Of a stretch of 57,610 nucleotides of DNA, positions 38,640-46,380 are shown piece by piece (position 1 is the stretch's first letter; each line of letters begins with the position of its first letter). The notes below the pieces were generated by a model. That model ran no database searches. It was not told the origin of the DNA and worked only from the letters and a program-made list of their open reading frames with translations. This stretch comes from a virus. Its lineage: Duplodnaviria; Caudoviricetes. The stretch spans positions 1 to 57,610 of the IMG/VR virus record IMGVR_UViG_3300034103_001617, one strand, 5' to 3'. The position numbers were made by a program, and so were the translations under genes.

Positions 38640-38996
38640 TCTAAATTTATTTAAGAATTCTTTTCACTCTTACGCGGAGCACGTGATTGATTTTTTACCA
38701 CTTCAACAAAGTCTCTTAAAAAATTATCGCGTTTTTGTTTATCAAAAATTCCAGCTGCCATGGCCTTGACTGGTTTGGTTAACTTAACTGCTTTTGGGTC
38801 ATATCCTCTACAGGTCATAAAATTCCTTTTAGCTAGGTATTACGTGGGGAATATATGGTACGTTTCTTGGACCACCATATAGTTGTTCAAAAAGTTTTTT
38901 TGCTTCTTGTGGAGTGTCTGCATACACACGTTTTTTTTCATCACCATTTGGTGTACGCACTGTGGTTTCATATAAAGGCATTTAATTTCCTTGCAA

Positions 38997-39074
38997 TGGT
39001 CGGGGAAGAGGGATTCAAACTCTCGATCTCCTGCTCCCAAAGCAGGCGCTTTAATCAGACTAAGCTACTCCCCG
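38997..39074 (-). tRNA. tRNA-Pro(TGG)
   Basis: Cloverleaf, TTTGGGA loop, CCA. Confidence 0.9.
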
Positions 39075-39117
39075 CTGTTTTTAGTTATACCGCACAGTAA
39101 CTAAAATTTTTTTCTAA

Positions 39118-39212
39118 CATATAGAAACACTCTTGATCTCCAGTCCATCATGGTGATCAATCCACTTTTGACCTTCAATGATCCTGCGTCCAGTTTAGAG
39201 TGTTTTTATATG
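39118..39212 (-). ncRNA. Candidate structured RNA closed by a 16-bp stem
   Basis: CATATAGAAACACTCT / AGAGTGTTTTTATATG inverted repeat abutting tRNA-Lys. Confidence 0.45.
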
Positions 39213-39287
39213 GTAGGTGCGGTGAGACTCGAACTCACAACTTATCGGTTAAAAGCCGATTACTCTAACCAGTTGAGTTACGCACCC
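39211..39287 (-). tRNA. tRNA-Lys(TTT)
   Basis: Cloverleaf, CTTTTAA loop, CCA. Confidence 0.9.
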
Positions 39288-39355
39288 ATACGTTTGGGAC
39301 CGTCGTCCGTTTTGTCACTGTCCATGTGTGGACTCTCCTTTGTTAACTTACACAC

Positions 39356-39384
39356 ATTGTACTATCGTTTCATATTATGGTCAA
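39356..39384 (-). promoter_or_regulatory. sigma70-type promoter inside tRNA array
   Basis: TTGACC-17-TACAAT. Confidence 0.65.
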
Positions 39385-39861
39385 GCCATAAAAGTAAGAC
39401 TACCGTCAAAAACACAACACTCAAAGCCCCATGATTGTTTCTCCTTTGTAGTACCTATTTTGCTATGTAAACACAGCCTGCATTGACTCTGTAACCGTCA
39501 ATCTTTACTGTGGCCAAGATTTGTTCTTTGGCCTTGATGCATTCGGCATGTCCGGCATATTTTAAATTTAAACTGCCATTGCTGGTCGAACTACCGGGCA
39601 TGATGCTAAACAACGTTATTACAAGTATCCACATCTTATTGCTCCTTTGATTATTTTTTAGTTGTTTTTGGACTGCACAACGCAACATGTTCAGGATGCT
39701 TGTCACTCCACTGCTTGTGAGCAATCATGCATTCTTGATAGTTTGGATATTCTTTTTTATACACAAACTTCATTGTTGGTGGTGGGTCGGTCCACAGTTG
39801 TATGATTAAAATCCAAGGCATTAAATCCATACAAGTCTCCTCTTTAGTAAAATGCCAAACT

Positions 39862-39935
39862 TGGTACCCCCGGATGGTAACGATCCAACGTCTATCGATT
39901 ATCAATCGATTGCTCTGCCTTTGAGCTACAGGGGC
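39862..39935 (-). tRNA. tRNA-Ile(GAT)
   Basis: TTGATAA loop; non-canonical T loop ATCGTTA. Confidence 0.85.
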
Positions 39936-40116
39936 ATTATTTTTGTACACAGTCAACTTTGAGTTTAGACTGTACTTTGTTGAGGTAGTATTCAAGTCTT
40001 GACTTTCGTTCAAGACAGGTGGGCAAATCATTTAACACTTCATGTTCTACATAATTGCTGGTTACGCCAAACCATATTATCAGTGCAAATTTCATTGTTT
40101 TGCCTCCTTGGCTGTT

Positions 40117-40192
40117 TGGTGCCGACTCTTGGTTTCGAACCAAGCCCTTGTGCTCTTCAGGCACACGCTTCCACCAGGTTAGCTTAGTCGGC
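40117..40192 (-). tRNA. tRNA-Phe(GAA)
   Basis: CTGAAGA loop, CCA. Confidence 0.88.
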
Positions 40193-40194
40193 AA

Positions 40195-40270
40195 TGGGGT
40201 ATCTGACCGGTATTGATCCGGTACTACCGCTTTCACAGAGCAGGGTGCAGGCCACTACACTACAGACACC
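40195..40270 (-). tRNA. tRNA-His(GTG)
   Basis: G-1:C73 pair, CTGTGAA loop; T loop ATCAATA. Confidence 0.85.
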
Positions 40271-40272
40271 AT

Positions 40273-40348
40273 TGGTAGGGGATGAGGGACTCGAACCCCC
40301 GAATGTCGGAATCAAAATCCGATGCCTTGCCAGCTTGGCGAATCCCCA
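40273..40348 (-). tRNA. tRNA-Gln(TTG)
   Basis: TTTTGAT loop, CCA. Confidence 0.88.
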
Positions 40349-40352
40349 GTTG

Positions 40353-40381
40353 AAAAAGAAAAGAGGTAGCAAGCTACCTCT
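40353..40381 (-). terminator. Terminator-like hairpin after pqqA
   Basis: AGAGGTAGC-tt-GCTACCTCT followed by TTTCTTTTT. Confidence 0.65.
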
Positions 40382-40405
40382 CAATGTATTACCTAAATTG
40401 ATGAA

Positions 40406-40477
40406 TCAACGATTTGCGATATACATTGTGATCTCGAAGCCGAAGCGTAGATCAGTTGCTGTTGGTTTGGTCCACAT
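40406..40477 (-). CDS. pqqA: Pyrroloquinoline quinone precursor peptide [23 protein letters not shown]
   Basis: Translated by hand (absent from ORF track); MWTKP...GFE-x-T-x-Y with invariant ExxxY; AAAGGAGA RBS. Confidence 0.93.
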   Translation of the reverse strand: MWTKPTATDLRFGFEITMYIANR

Positions 40478-40597
40478 GTTTTTCTCCTTTGAAATATACA
40501 TGTACTGCACATGTATTTAAAGCATGATAACACAGTCTAGCCAATATATCTATACATAATAAACTTAATGTACCGTAATGATTTTCATGAAACTTAT

Positions 40598-40672
40598 TGG
40601 CCCGGCGTGAGGGAATCGAACCCCCATTAAGAGTTTAGAAGACTCCTGTCCTATCCATTGAACGAACGCCAG
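40598..40672 (-). tRNA. tRNA-Arg(TCT)
   Basis: CTTCTAA loop, CCA. Confidence 0.87.
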
Positions 40673-40673
40673 G

Positions 40674-40749
40674 TGGAGCGGGTAATCGGGTTCGAACCGA
40701 TGACATCTACCTTGGCAAGGTAGTGCTCTGCCAACTGAGCTACACCCGC
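40674..40749 (-). tRNA. tRNA-Gly(GCC)
   Basis: TTGCCAA loop, U73, CCA. Confidence 0.9.
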
Positions 40750-40753
40750 ATGT

Positions 40754-41236
40754 TTATGCCGCAAGTTTTTTTAACCTGTCAGCGGCATAACTAGCCGCAA
40801 AAGCATTTGGCTTCACTAGAGGAATCACATTGCATGTACCACGAATGTAACCAATTGCCTGTGTTATAACACAACTTGATCCTGCATGTTCATCAGGATT
40901 GATATCAAGGTGAACTTCTACATGATAGTCTTCAAGCTCTGGCGCAAGACGTTGAAACACTTCACTGACTTTGTAGACTTCATTCATAAGTCGCATGCTT
41001 GGCTTTGATAGCTTGTGATCATAATCGCGTTCTCTACTGACTTCACCAAATATCTTACAACCATTGTTACCGTTGACATGGATGACCAATGCAACAGTGT
41101 ACTCTGCCCACCATTGTTTGCCTTCGCGATATCTAAAACTGTCTGCACCCAAATAAATTTTGGTATTTGGCCCGCAGGTGGCAAGATATTGTTGTACTGT
41201 TTCTAATTTGATTGTTCTTGCCATCAAGGCCTCCAT
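40754..41236 (-). CDS. RNase H-like YkuK/DUF458 family protein
   Basis: KIYLGADS, RLMNEV, EVHLDIN, KPNAFAASYAAD. Confidence 0.82.
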   Translation of the reverse strand: MEALMARTIKLETVQQYLATCGPNTKIYLGADSFRYREGKQWWAEYTVALVIHVNGNNGCKIFGEVSRERDYDHKLSKPSMRLMNEVYKVSEVFQRLAPELEDYHVEVHLDINPDEHAGSSCVITQAIGYIRGTCNVIPLVKPNAFAASYAADRLKKLAA

Positions 41237-41237
41237 T

Positions 41238-42368
41238 TTAGTTTATGGCCGGTCCGGAGAGATTCGAACTCCCGACAGCTGGTTTCGAAGACCAGAACTC
41301 TTCCGCTGAGCTACGGACCGTGTTGTAAAATTTTATTTTCTTAGTACCGGCTTCAAATTTTGAGTTATAATCTCCAGTGGACTGACAAAATTTACATTGT
41401 GCTATGGGTTTGTCTTTTTTCAATTCTAGCACAAAGTTTTCGAGTTCTCCATCAGTGGCTGTGACCTTGCAGTGTTTGTACTTGTTTAATAACTCAAAAT
41501 CTTCTGCACTGATATCAAATTGAAACTGGTTTAACATTTCTGGCAGTAGTGCCACTGTGCTGCATTTGTACAAGTTACCACGATTTAGATGATGAACCAT
41601 GATTTCAAGTTCACGATCACGACCGCAACACACAGCATAGGCAGCTTTGATGTTGCTGTTGTGCAATGACATGTTGCCAGTGGTGTTGTCATATATCACT
41701 GCACTGGTCCAAAATTGATTTTTTAACGAAACCGGAACAACTATGCCTAGATCATTTCTAACTTCGCTTACATATAAATTATTGATCCAATTGTTGTAAC
41801 TCAGTCCAAAGATCTCACTGCATTCATCTTGTATTTGAGACGGCAATTCTAGAAAGTCTTCGGGTGTCTTGCATTCTGGCCACAATGGATCTTTAATCTG
41901 CTGATAACTGTTTAGCCAAGTGGTTATTTCACTGTGATTGGGTTTGTGAGTCACAGTGGCATTGTTGCCCAACCAAGACATCAAGTCATTGCATATTTTT
42001 TGTTTCTGTTTGACACCATGAGCACTTATTGTTAACAGTAATCTACTTTTATATTTTTCCAAAAGTGATCTAACTTCTGGGTATCTATGCAGTTCAGTTC
42101 CATTGCTCAACAACTCAATGTTGCTGTTGGGCCACAGCTCCAGGACATTTTCAAGCCAAGGCATCAAATCTGGATGTACAAATGGTTCTCCGCCTAGTAT
42201 ACCTATGGTCTTGATATGAAGACGCTGACTCCAAGTTTTGTAAATTTGCTTGTAGTCGTTCCAACGTTGGTGACCTCGAAATGCAAAATTGTTGAATGTA
42301 ACACAATTAGGACAATTTAGATTACAAACATTTGTAATGTAGATCTCGCAACGTTCTATGCTAACCAT
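41238..42368 (-). CDS. Radical SAM protein (3' end reads through tRNA-Arg)
   Basis: EIYITNVCNLNCPNC, LGGEP, SNGT, C-terminal CKFC; start placed at MVSIER. Confidence 0.85.
   Translation of the reverse strand: MVSIERCEIYITNVCNLNCPNCVTFNNFAFRGHQRWNDYKQIYKTWSQRLHIKTIGILGGEPFVHPDLMPWLENVLELWPNSNIELLSNGTELHRYPEVRSLLEKYKSRLLLTISAHGVKQKQKICNDLMSWLGNNATVTHKPNHSEITTWLNSYQQIKDPLWPECKTPEDFLELPSQIQDECSEIFGLSYNNWINNLYVSEVRNDLGIVVPVSLKNQFWTSAVIYDNTTGNMSLHNSNIKAAYAVCCGRDRELEIMVHHLNRGNLYKCSTVALLPEMLNQFQFDISAEDFELLNKYKHCKVTATDGELENFVLELKKDKPIAQCKFCQSTGDYNSKFEAGTKKIKFYNTVRSSAEEFWSSKPAVGSSNLSGPAIN
41246..41320 (-). tRNA. tRNA-Arg(TCG)
   Basis: CGGTCCG/CGGACCG acceptor, CTTCGAA loop, CCA. Confidence 0.88.
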
Positions 42369-42555
42369 TACGTCTATTCGCTGATTTTGCTGCACGATAT
42401 TGTAGCACACCTTCGTAAGCCAAAACAAGCCAACCACACAGTGCCATGATGTAGGCGTTAACTGCGGCCCAGTTATTTGCCATGAAACTCAACACTAGAT
42501 TAACCAAAATGGCAACAACTGCAACTACTGGAAATAAATTTATAAAATGTAACAT
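42361..42555 (-). CDS. Small membrane protein
   Basis: GGAGG RBS before MLHFINLF; two hydrophobic helices. Confidence 0.6.
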   Translation of the reverse strand: MLHFINLFPVVAVVAILVNLVLSFMANNWAAVNAYIMALCGWLVLAYEGVLQYRAAKSANRRNG

Positions 42556-42575
42556 GACTACCTCCAAAAAAAATT

Positions 42576-42668
42576 TGGCGGAAACGGTGGGATTCGAACC
42601 CACGGACCATTGTTAAGATGATCGACGGTTTAGCAAACCGCTGCCTTCGGCCACTCAGCCACGTTTCC
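42576..42668 (-). tRNA. tRNA-Ser(GCT)
   Basis: Long V arm, TTGCTAA loop, G73. Confidence 0.9.
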
Positions 42669-42677
42669 AGATGTTGA

Positions 42678-42881
42678 TCACTTGTAACGATCTTTCATTT
42701 CATTAACTGTGGAATCAAATTCCAAGCGAGTTAAAATCAACGAATACATTACCACAACACAAACCATGATTCCAAACACAGGCAAAGCCCACCAACTCAG
42801 TTGACTCAGTACATACCCAATACCAAACGGTATTGCTAAACTTAAAAAAGTGTACAACGCTGCTTTGATTTTCAATGACAT
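42678..42881 (-). CDS. Small membrane protein
   Basis: AAGGAG RBS; two hydrophobic helices. Confidence 0.6.
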   Translation of the reverse strand: MSLKIKAALYTFLSLAIPFGIGYVLSQLSWWALPVFGIMVCVVVMYSLILTRLEFDSTVNEMKDRYK

Positions 42882-42912
42882 AGCTGTCTCCTTAACAAAC
42901 TGTATAACCTAG

Positions 42913-42941
42913 ATTTTACTTTAAGTTAGATATTTTGTCAA
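42913..42941 (-). promoter_or_regulatory. sigma70-type promoter inside tRNA array
   Basis: TTGACA-17-TAAAAT. Confidence 0.65.
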
Positions 42942-42949
42942 GTGAAATT

Positions 42950-43025
42950 TGGTGGTGAAGGAGGGATTTGAACCCCCGACACTCTCCGTATGAAGGAGGT
43001 ACTCTACCATCTGAGCTACATCACC
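42950..43025 (-). tRNA. tRNA-Met(CAT), elongator type (Ile2 not excluded)
   Basis: Paired 1-72, TTCATAC loop, A73. Confidence 0.8.
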
Positions 43026-43027
43026 TT

Positions 43028-43264
43028 TTAGTTGCCCCAAGCAAGAACGAACAATGTTCTATCTTGATCCCATTTAAAGGCTATACCAATGTTGTTGAGT
43101 ATATTACAATCATCATAAGCCCACACAGCATATCTTGGACCCACGCGATCTTTGAGCCAACTTTCAACAACAGTAATACCTTGTATCCAATCTACTTGGC
43201 AGTGATCAAACACAGGCCAAGGCACTGTAGCATGGTATTGAAAGCGGTGCCAGTCCACTAACAT
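43028..43264 (-). CDS. Hypothetical phage protein (FxLxW C-terminal family)
   Basis: ATG 5 nt after TAAATA; ends TLFVLAWGN. Confidence 0.6.
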   Translation of the reverse strand: MLVDWHRFQYHATVPWPVFDHCQVDWIQGITVVESWLKDRVGPRYAVWAYDDCNILNNIGIAFKWDQDRTLFVLAWGN

Positions 43265-43275
43265 GCCGATATTTA

Positions 43276-43353
43276 TGGAGCAACGGGCGTGATTCGAACA
43301 CGCGGTTTTCAGGATTTGCAGTCCCGTGCATTGGGCCTCTCTGCCACCGTTGC
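43276..43353 (-). tRNA. tRNA-Cys(GCA)
   Basis: CTGCAAA loop, U73. Confidence 0.88.
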
Positions 43354-43360
43354 ATAAAAT

Positions 43361-43434
43361 TGGTGCCCCTTGACAGAATCGAACTGCCAATCCATGATTA
43401 CAAGTCAAGTGTTATGCCATTTAACTAAAGGGGC
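43361..43434 (-). tRNA. tRNA-Thr(TGT)
   Basis: CTTGTAA loop, CCA. Confidence 0.88.
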
Positions 43435-43479
43435 AATCAATCATTACGATCTATAAAAATAAAGTTAATAAATATTTCA

Positions 43480-44355
43480 ATGCTGAAAATATTCACTGCT
43501 GAGTTCTACCTCACACACCATTGCAATCTTGACTGCGAGCATTGTAATCGATTTTCTAATTATAAAGCATTACGCGGTCATCGCAGTTGGCAAAATTATG
43601 CAGCAGAGTACCAAAGTTGGGCAAACAACCTTGATATAGATATCATAAGCATTCTTGGCGGAGAGCCATTGATGCATCCGGATATCTTAGAATGGATGCA
43701 ACAAATAAGAAGTTGGTGGCCAAAATCATCTTTGTACTTAATGACCAACGGCACACTGTTGAATCGTGTATCTGGTTTGTACGATGCGGCAAAAGATTAT
43801 CAATATGTAATTGACATCAATGTGCATAATCCAAGTTGGTACAACCAAACCGTTCAAAGTCTTGACAATTTTTTCCCCGGCCAATATACAATAGAACAGG
43901 CCAAAGATGATCCTATTTTTTCTAGACAAGTTGCAAAAGATCACAATGGGGTAGAAGTTCACATCAAACACAGCTCACGCATGCACCAAAGCACGGTGCT
44001 ACTCAATCAAGACAAGTTTCATTTACACCAAAGCGATCCAGTAAAAGCTCACAGTGTTTGCTGGAACGCAACATGCCATCACTTTTTCAATGGCAAACTT
44101 TTTAAATGTGCAATGCCACCATTGCTGAAAGAATTTTCCAATGTGTGCTATCTAGATCTATCCGAGGAAGACCGAGCACTTATTGATGGTCCCAGCGGGA
44201 TAACAGTGGATGACGCTGTGGCTGATCCTGATAAGTTTTATCAATATCTAAAAGGACCAATTGAGCATTGCCGCTTGTGTCCAGAAGAACTTGAATTTAA
44301 AAATATAGCAGCAAAGGTTGCCAAAACTGTTATACCAATTCAGCTGTATCGCTGA
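43480..44355 (+). CDS. Radical SAM protein
   Basis: EFYLTHHCNLDCEHC, LGGEPL, MTNGT, C-terminal CRLCP. Confidence 0.88.
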   Translation: MLKIFTAEFYLTHHCNLDCEHCNRFSNYKALRGHRSWQNYAAEYQSWANNLDIDIISILGGEPLMHPDILEWMQQIRSWWPKSSLYLMTNGTLLNRVSGLYDAAKDYQYVIDINVHNPSWYNQTVQSLDNFFPGQYTIEQAKDDPIFSRQVAKDHNGVEVHIKHSSRMHQSTVLLNQDKFHLHQSDPVKAHSVCWNATCHHFFNGKLFKCAMPPLLKEFSNVCYLDLSEEDRALIDGPSGITVDDAVADPDKFYQYLKGPIEHCRLCPEELEFKNIAAKVAKTVIPIQLYR

Positions 44356-44369
44356 TCACTGCATTGTAC

Positions 44370-44445
44370 TGGTGGGCGGTGACAGGTTCGAACTGCCGAC
44401 ATTCGCGGTGTAAGCACGACGCTCTACCAACTGAGCTAACCGCCC
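44370..44445 (-). tRNA. tRNA-Val(TAC)
   Basis: CTTACAC loop, CCA. Confidence 0.88.
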
Positions 44446-44452
44446 AAGAAAT

Positions 44453-44704
44453 TTAGTTGTCCTTGACGTCTTTGGCATCAACGCAGGTTTCACCTCTAAA
44501 CACATAGACGTCACTGTCTAATCTTAGCTGTTCAAACACTTGATTGTTTACGCAGATATAAGGATCTTTGTGATTTTCCATGTAAAAGAATATGCCGTAG
44601 CCTATGCCTGCCAACACCATTAGTATGGGTGTGTACTTTAGATACTTTACAATCTCAGGCATTGCACCCAAAATTTGCGGCAAATTTTTAAGCAGTTCTT
44701 TCAC
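44453..44704 (-). CDS. Small membrane protein
   Basis: GTG 5 nt after TAAATA; one hydrophobic helix. Confidence 0.55.
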   Translation of the reverse strand: MKELLKNLPQILGAMPEIVKYLKYTPILMVLAGIGYGIFFYMENHKDPYICVNNQVFEQLRLDSDVYVFRGETCVDAKDVKDN

Positions 44705-44717
44705 GCTGATATTTATG

Positions 44718-44792
44718 TGGTACACCATAGCGGAGTCGAACCGCTCTTGCTGGAATGAAAATCCAGAGTCCTAACCGATAGACGAATGGTGC
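44718..44792 (-). tRNA. tRNA-Glu(TTC)
   Basis: TTTTCAT loop, CCA. Confidence 0.88.
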
Positions 44793-44804
44793 ATAAAATT
44801 TAAT

Positions 44805-45243
44805 GCTAACAAGGAACTGACTGTTACATGATGCCGAAGTCATTACCGCATCAAACCCTTGCTAAACCCGCATTGCGGGACGATTCGCACTCAATCGTTT
44901 TGATCTAAATCTTGCTTAATGAAGCCAATATTAGTTTTGCAGTTTATACTATATGCCTCGCTCAACAGCTTTACACGTGATTACTGTTTATTGCTTCGGT
45001 TACATAATGCCTCGCGCCGGCTTCTGTGCTTACAAACTGCAAAATTAATATTGCTTAGGCTACTTGTTTTCCAGGCAAGCCCCTATGCTGAGTTGTTACC
45101 CTGTCCACATTTGTTTCAGCGTATCGTGCTACCGGTTGTGTCCGGATATCTAGGTGCTGTGCTCTGCATTGCGCTAACGGTAGCCTAGCCAACCGGTCTA
45201 ACTAACGTGTGACACCCGGCACTTTCAGGAAAGTGCTAACCGG
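44805..45243 (-). ncRNA. Tandem candidate structured ncRNAs between tRNA-Asn and tRNA-Glu
   Basis: Successive closed domains with terminal stems at about 44805-44917, 44926-45053 and 45056-45187, plus a hairpin to 45243; no credible ORF. Confidence 0.55.
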
Positions 45244-45246
45244 AAC

Positions 45247-45322
45247 TGGCTGCTCAGGTTGGGCTCGAACCAACGACACACGGATTAACAGTCCGCTGAT
45301 CTACCGACTGATCTACTGAGCA
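45247..45322 (-). tRNA. tRNA-Asn(GTT)
   Basis: CTGTTAA loop, G73. Confidence 0.88.
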
Positions 45323-45330
45323 ATAAACTT

Positions 45331-45408
45331 TGGCGACACTTACGGGATTCGAACCCGTGATCTCTGGCGTGACAGGCCAGCGCATTGGGCCAGCTATGCT
45401 AAAGTGCC
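45331..45408 (-). tRNA. tRNA-Asp(GTC)
   Basis: CTGTCAC loop, G73. Confidence 0.88.
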
Positions 45409-45417
45409 TTTTGCTAT

Positions 45418-45503
45418 TGGTACCCGGAGCCGGACTCGAACCGGCACGCCCTATCGAGCATTGGATTTTAAGTCCAAGGTGTCTACCATTCCACCACCCG
45501 GGC
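45418..45503 (-). tRNA. tRNA-Leu(TAA)
   Basis: V arm, CTTAAAA loop. Confidence 0.9.
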
Positions 45504-45545
45504 ATATTTTTTAAATTGTAAAAGATCAAGCACAACCAAGTTCGC

Positions 45546-45574
45546 ATTGTACTAGATTACAATTTTGGAGTCAA
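45546..45574 (-). promoter_or_regulatory. sigma70-type promoter inside tRNA array
   Basis: TTGACT-17-TACAAT; perfect palindrome TGTTGT-N6-ACAACA just upstream (45583-45600). Confidence 0.65.
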
Positions 45575-45616
45575 TAAAATTGTGTTGTATTTTTACAACA
45601 AACAATTGATGTAAGT

Positions 45617-45691
45617 TGGTGGAGGTACCCGGATTCGAACCGAGGACTCCGCGGTGCAAACGCAGTGTTTTCCCAATTATACTATACCCCC
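45617..45691 (-). tRNA. tRNA-Ala(TGC)
   Basis: G3-U70, TTTGCAC loop. Confidence 0.87.
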
Positions 45692-45699
45692 ACAGGTTA

Positions 45700-45773
45700 T
45701 GGAGCGGCGTGCGAGAATCGAACTCGCGACTTTAGCTTGGAAGGCTAAGGTAATACCATTTTACGAACGCCGC
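45700..45773 (-). tRNA. tRNA-Gly(TCC)
   Basis: CTTCCAA loop, U73. Confidence 0.9.
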
Positions 45774-45778
45774 ATAGA

Positions 45779-45852
45779 TGGCGACCCTTGAGAGATTTGA
45801 ACTCCCACCGACGGTTTTGGAGACCGGTATGCTGCCGTTACACTAAAGGGCC
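45779..45852 (-). tRNA. tRNA-Trp(CCA)
   Basis: CTCCAAA loop, G73. Confidence 0.88.
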
Positions 45853-45855
45853 GTG

Positions 45856-46089
45856 TCAAACTGAAACTATTTCAACTGATACTGGATTAAAGCCTTGCAC
45901 GTAGTTCAACAATATTTGAGCATCTGTTTCATTCATAAATGACCATTCCACAGTGGCATGCCCACTTGGTACGTCATCTTTTAACTCCCAGGCTAAAGCC
46001 TTGCCGGGGTAGTTTTCAAGGAAGGCTAGTGCTTCCTCTGGGTTTGGTGAACTCTCAGCGAACACAGCGCGAACAAGTTTAATTGTCAT
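45856..46089 (-). CDS. Hypothetical protein
   Basis: AGGAG RBS. Confidence 0.6.
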   Translation of the reverse strand: MTIKLVRAVFAESSPNPEEALAFLENYPGKALAWELKDDVPSGHATVEWSFMNETDAQILLNYVQGFNPVSVEIVSV

Positions 46090-46115
46090 AATGGTCTCCT
46101 AATACAATATTTATT

Positions 46116-46200
46116 TGGTGGGGATCCAGGGACTCGAACCCCGTATGTCAGAGACGTCGGATTTACAGTCCGATGCAGTAGCCAGTTCTGCTCGATCCCC
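46116..46200 (-). tRNA. tRNA-Tyr(GTA)
   Basis: V arm, CTGTAAA loop, CCA. Confidence 0.9.
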
Positions 46201-46203
46201 CGG

Positions 46204-46380
46204 CATTCTAAAACACACTATCAGTGCGTTTTAGAATACCCTGTGCTGTAGCACAGGATATGTTAGGGTCGACGCCCTAACCAGTAGTCTTACTAATACG
46301 TTACCGCCGTATTTTCATGTATACTGTCCGCCCATTCGCTGTTTTTAAGTGAACAGCAGGCTCTCGTTGCCTGTAAAACA
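46204..46380 (-). ncRNA. Candidate structured leader RNA upstream of tRNA-Tyr
   Basis: Back-to-back hairpins (AGGCAACGAGAGCCT, GCTGTT/AACAGC, AATACG/CGTATT, GTTAGGG/CCCTAAC, CCTGTGCT/AGCACAGG, ATTCTAAAAC/GTTTTAGAAT). Confidence 0.5.

Noticed and set aside
35560-44355. Nearby radical SAM proteins as PqqE
   Set aside because: They lack recognisable PqqE motifs and the full SPASM Cys pattern, and no pqqD/B/C is present.
39937-45547. Track ORFs overlapping tRNA genes (e.g. 40194-40520, 40184-40384, 42968-43261, 45254-45547, 45330-45521, 44919-45188)
   Set aside because: They are translations of tRNA or ncRNA sequence without RBS or protein motifs.
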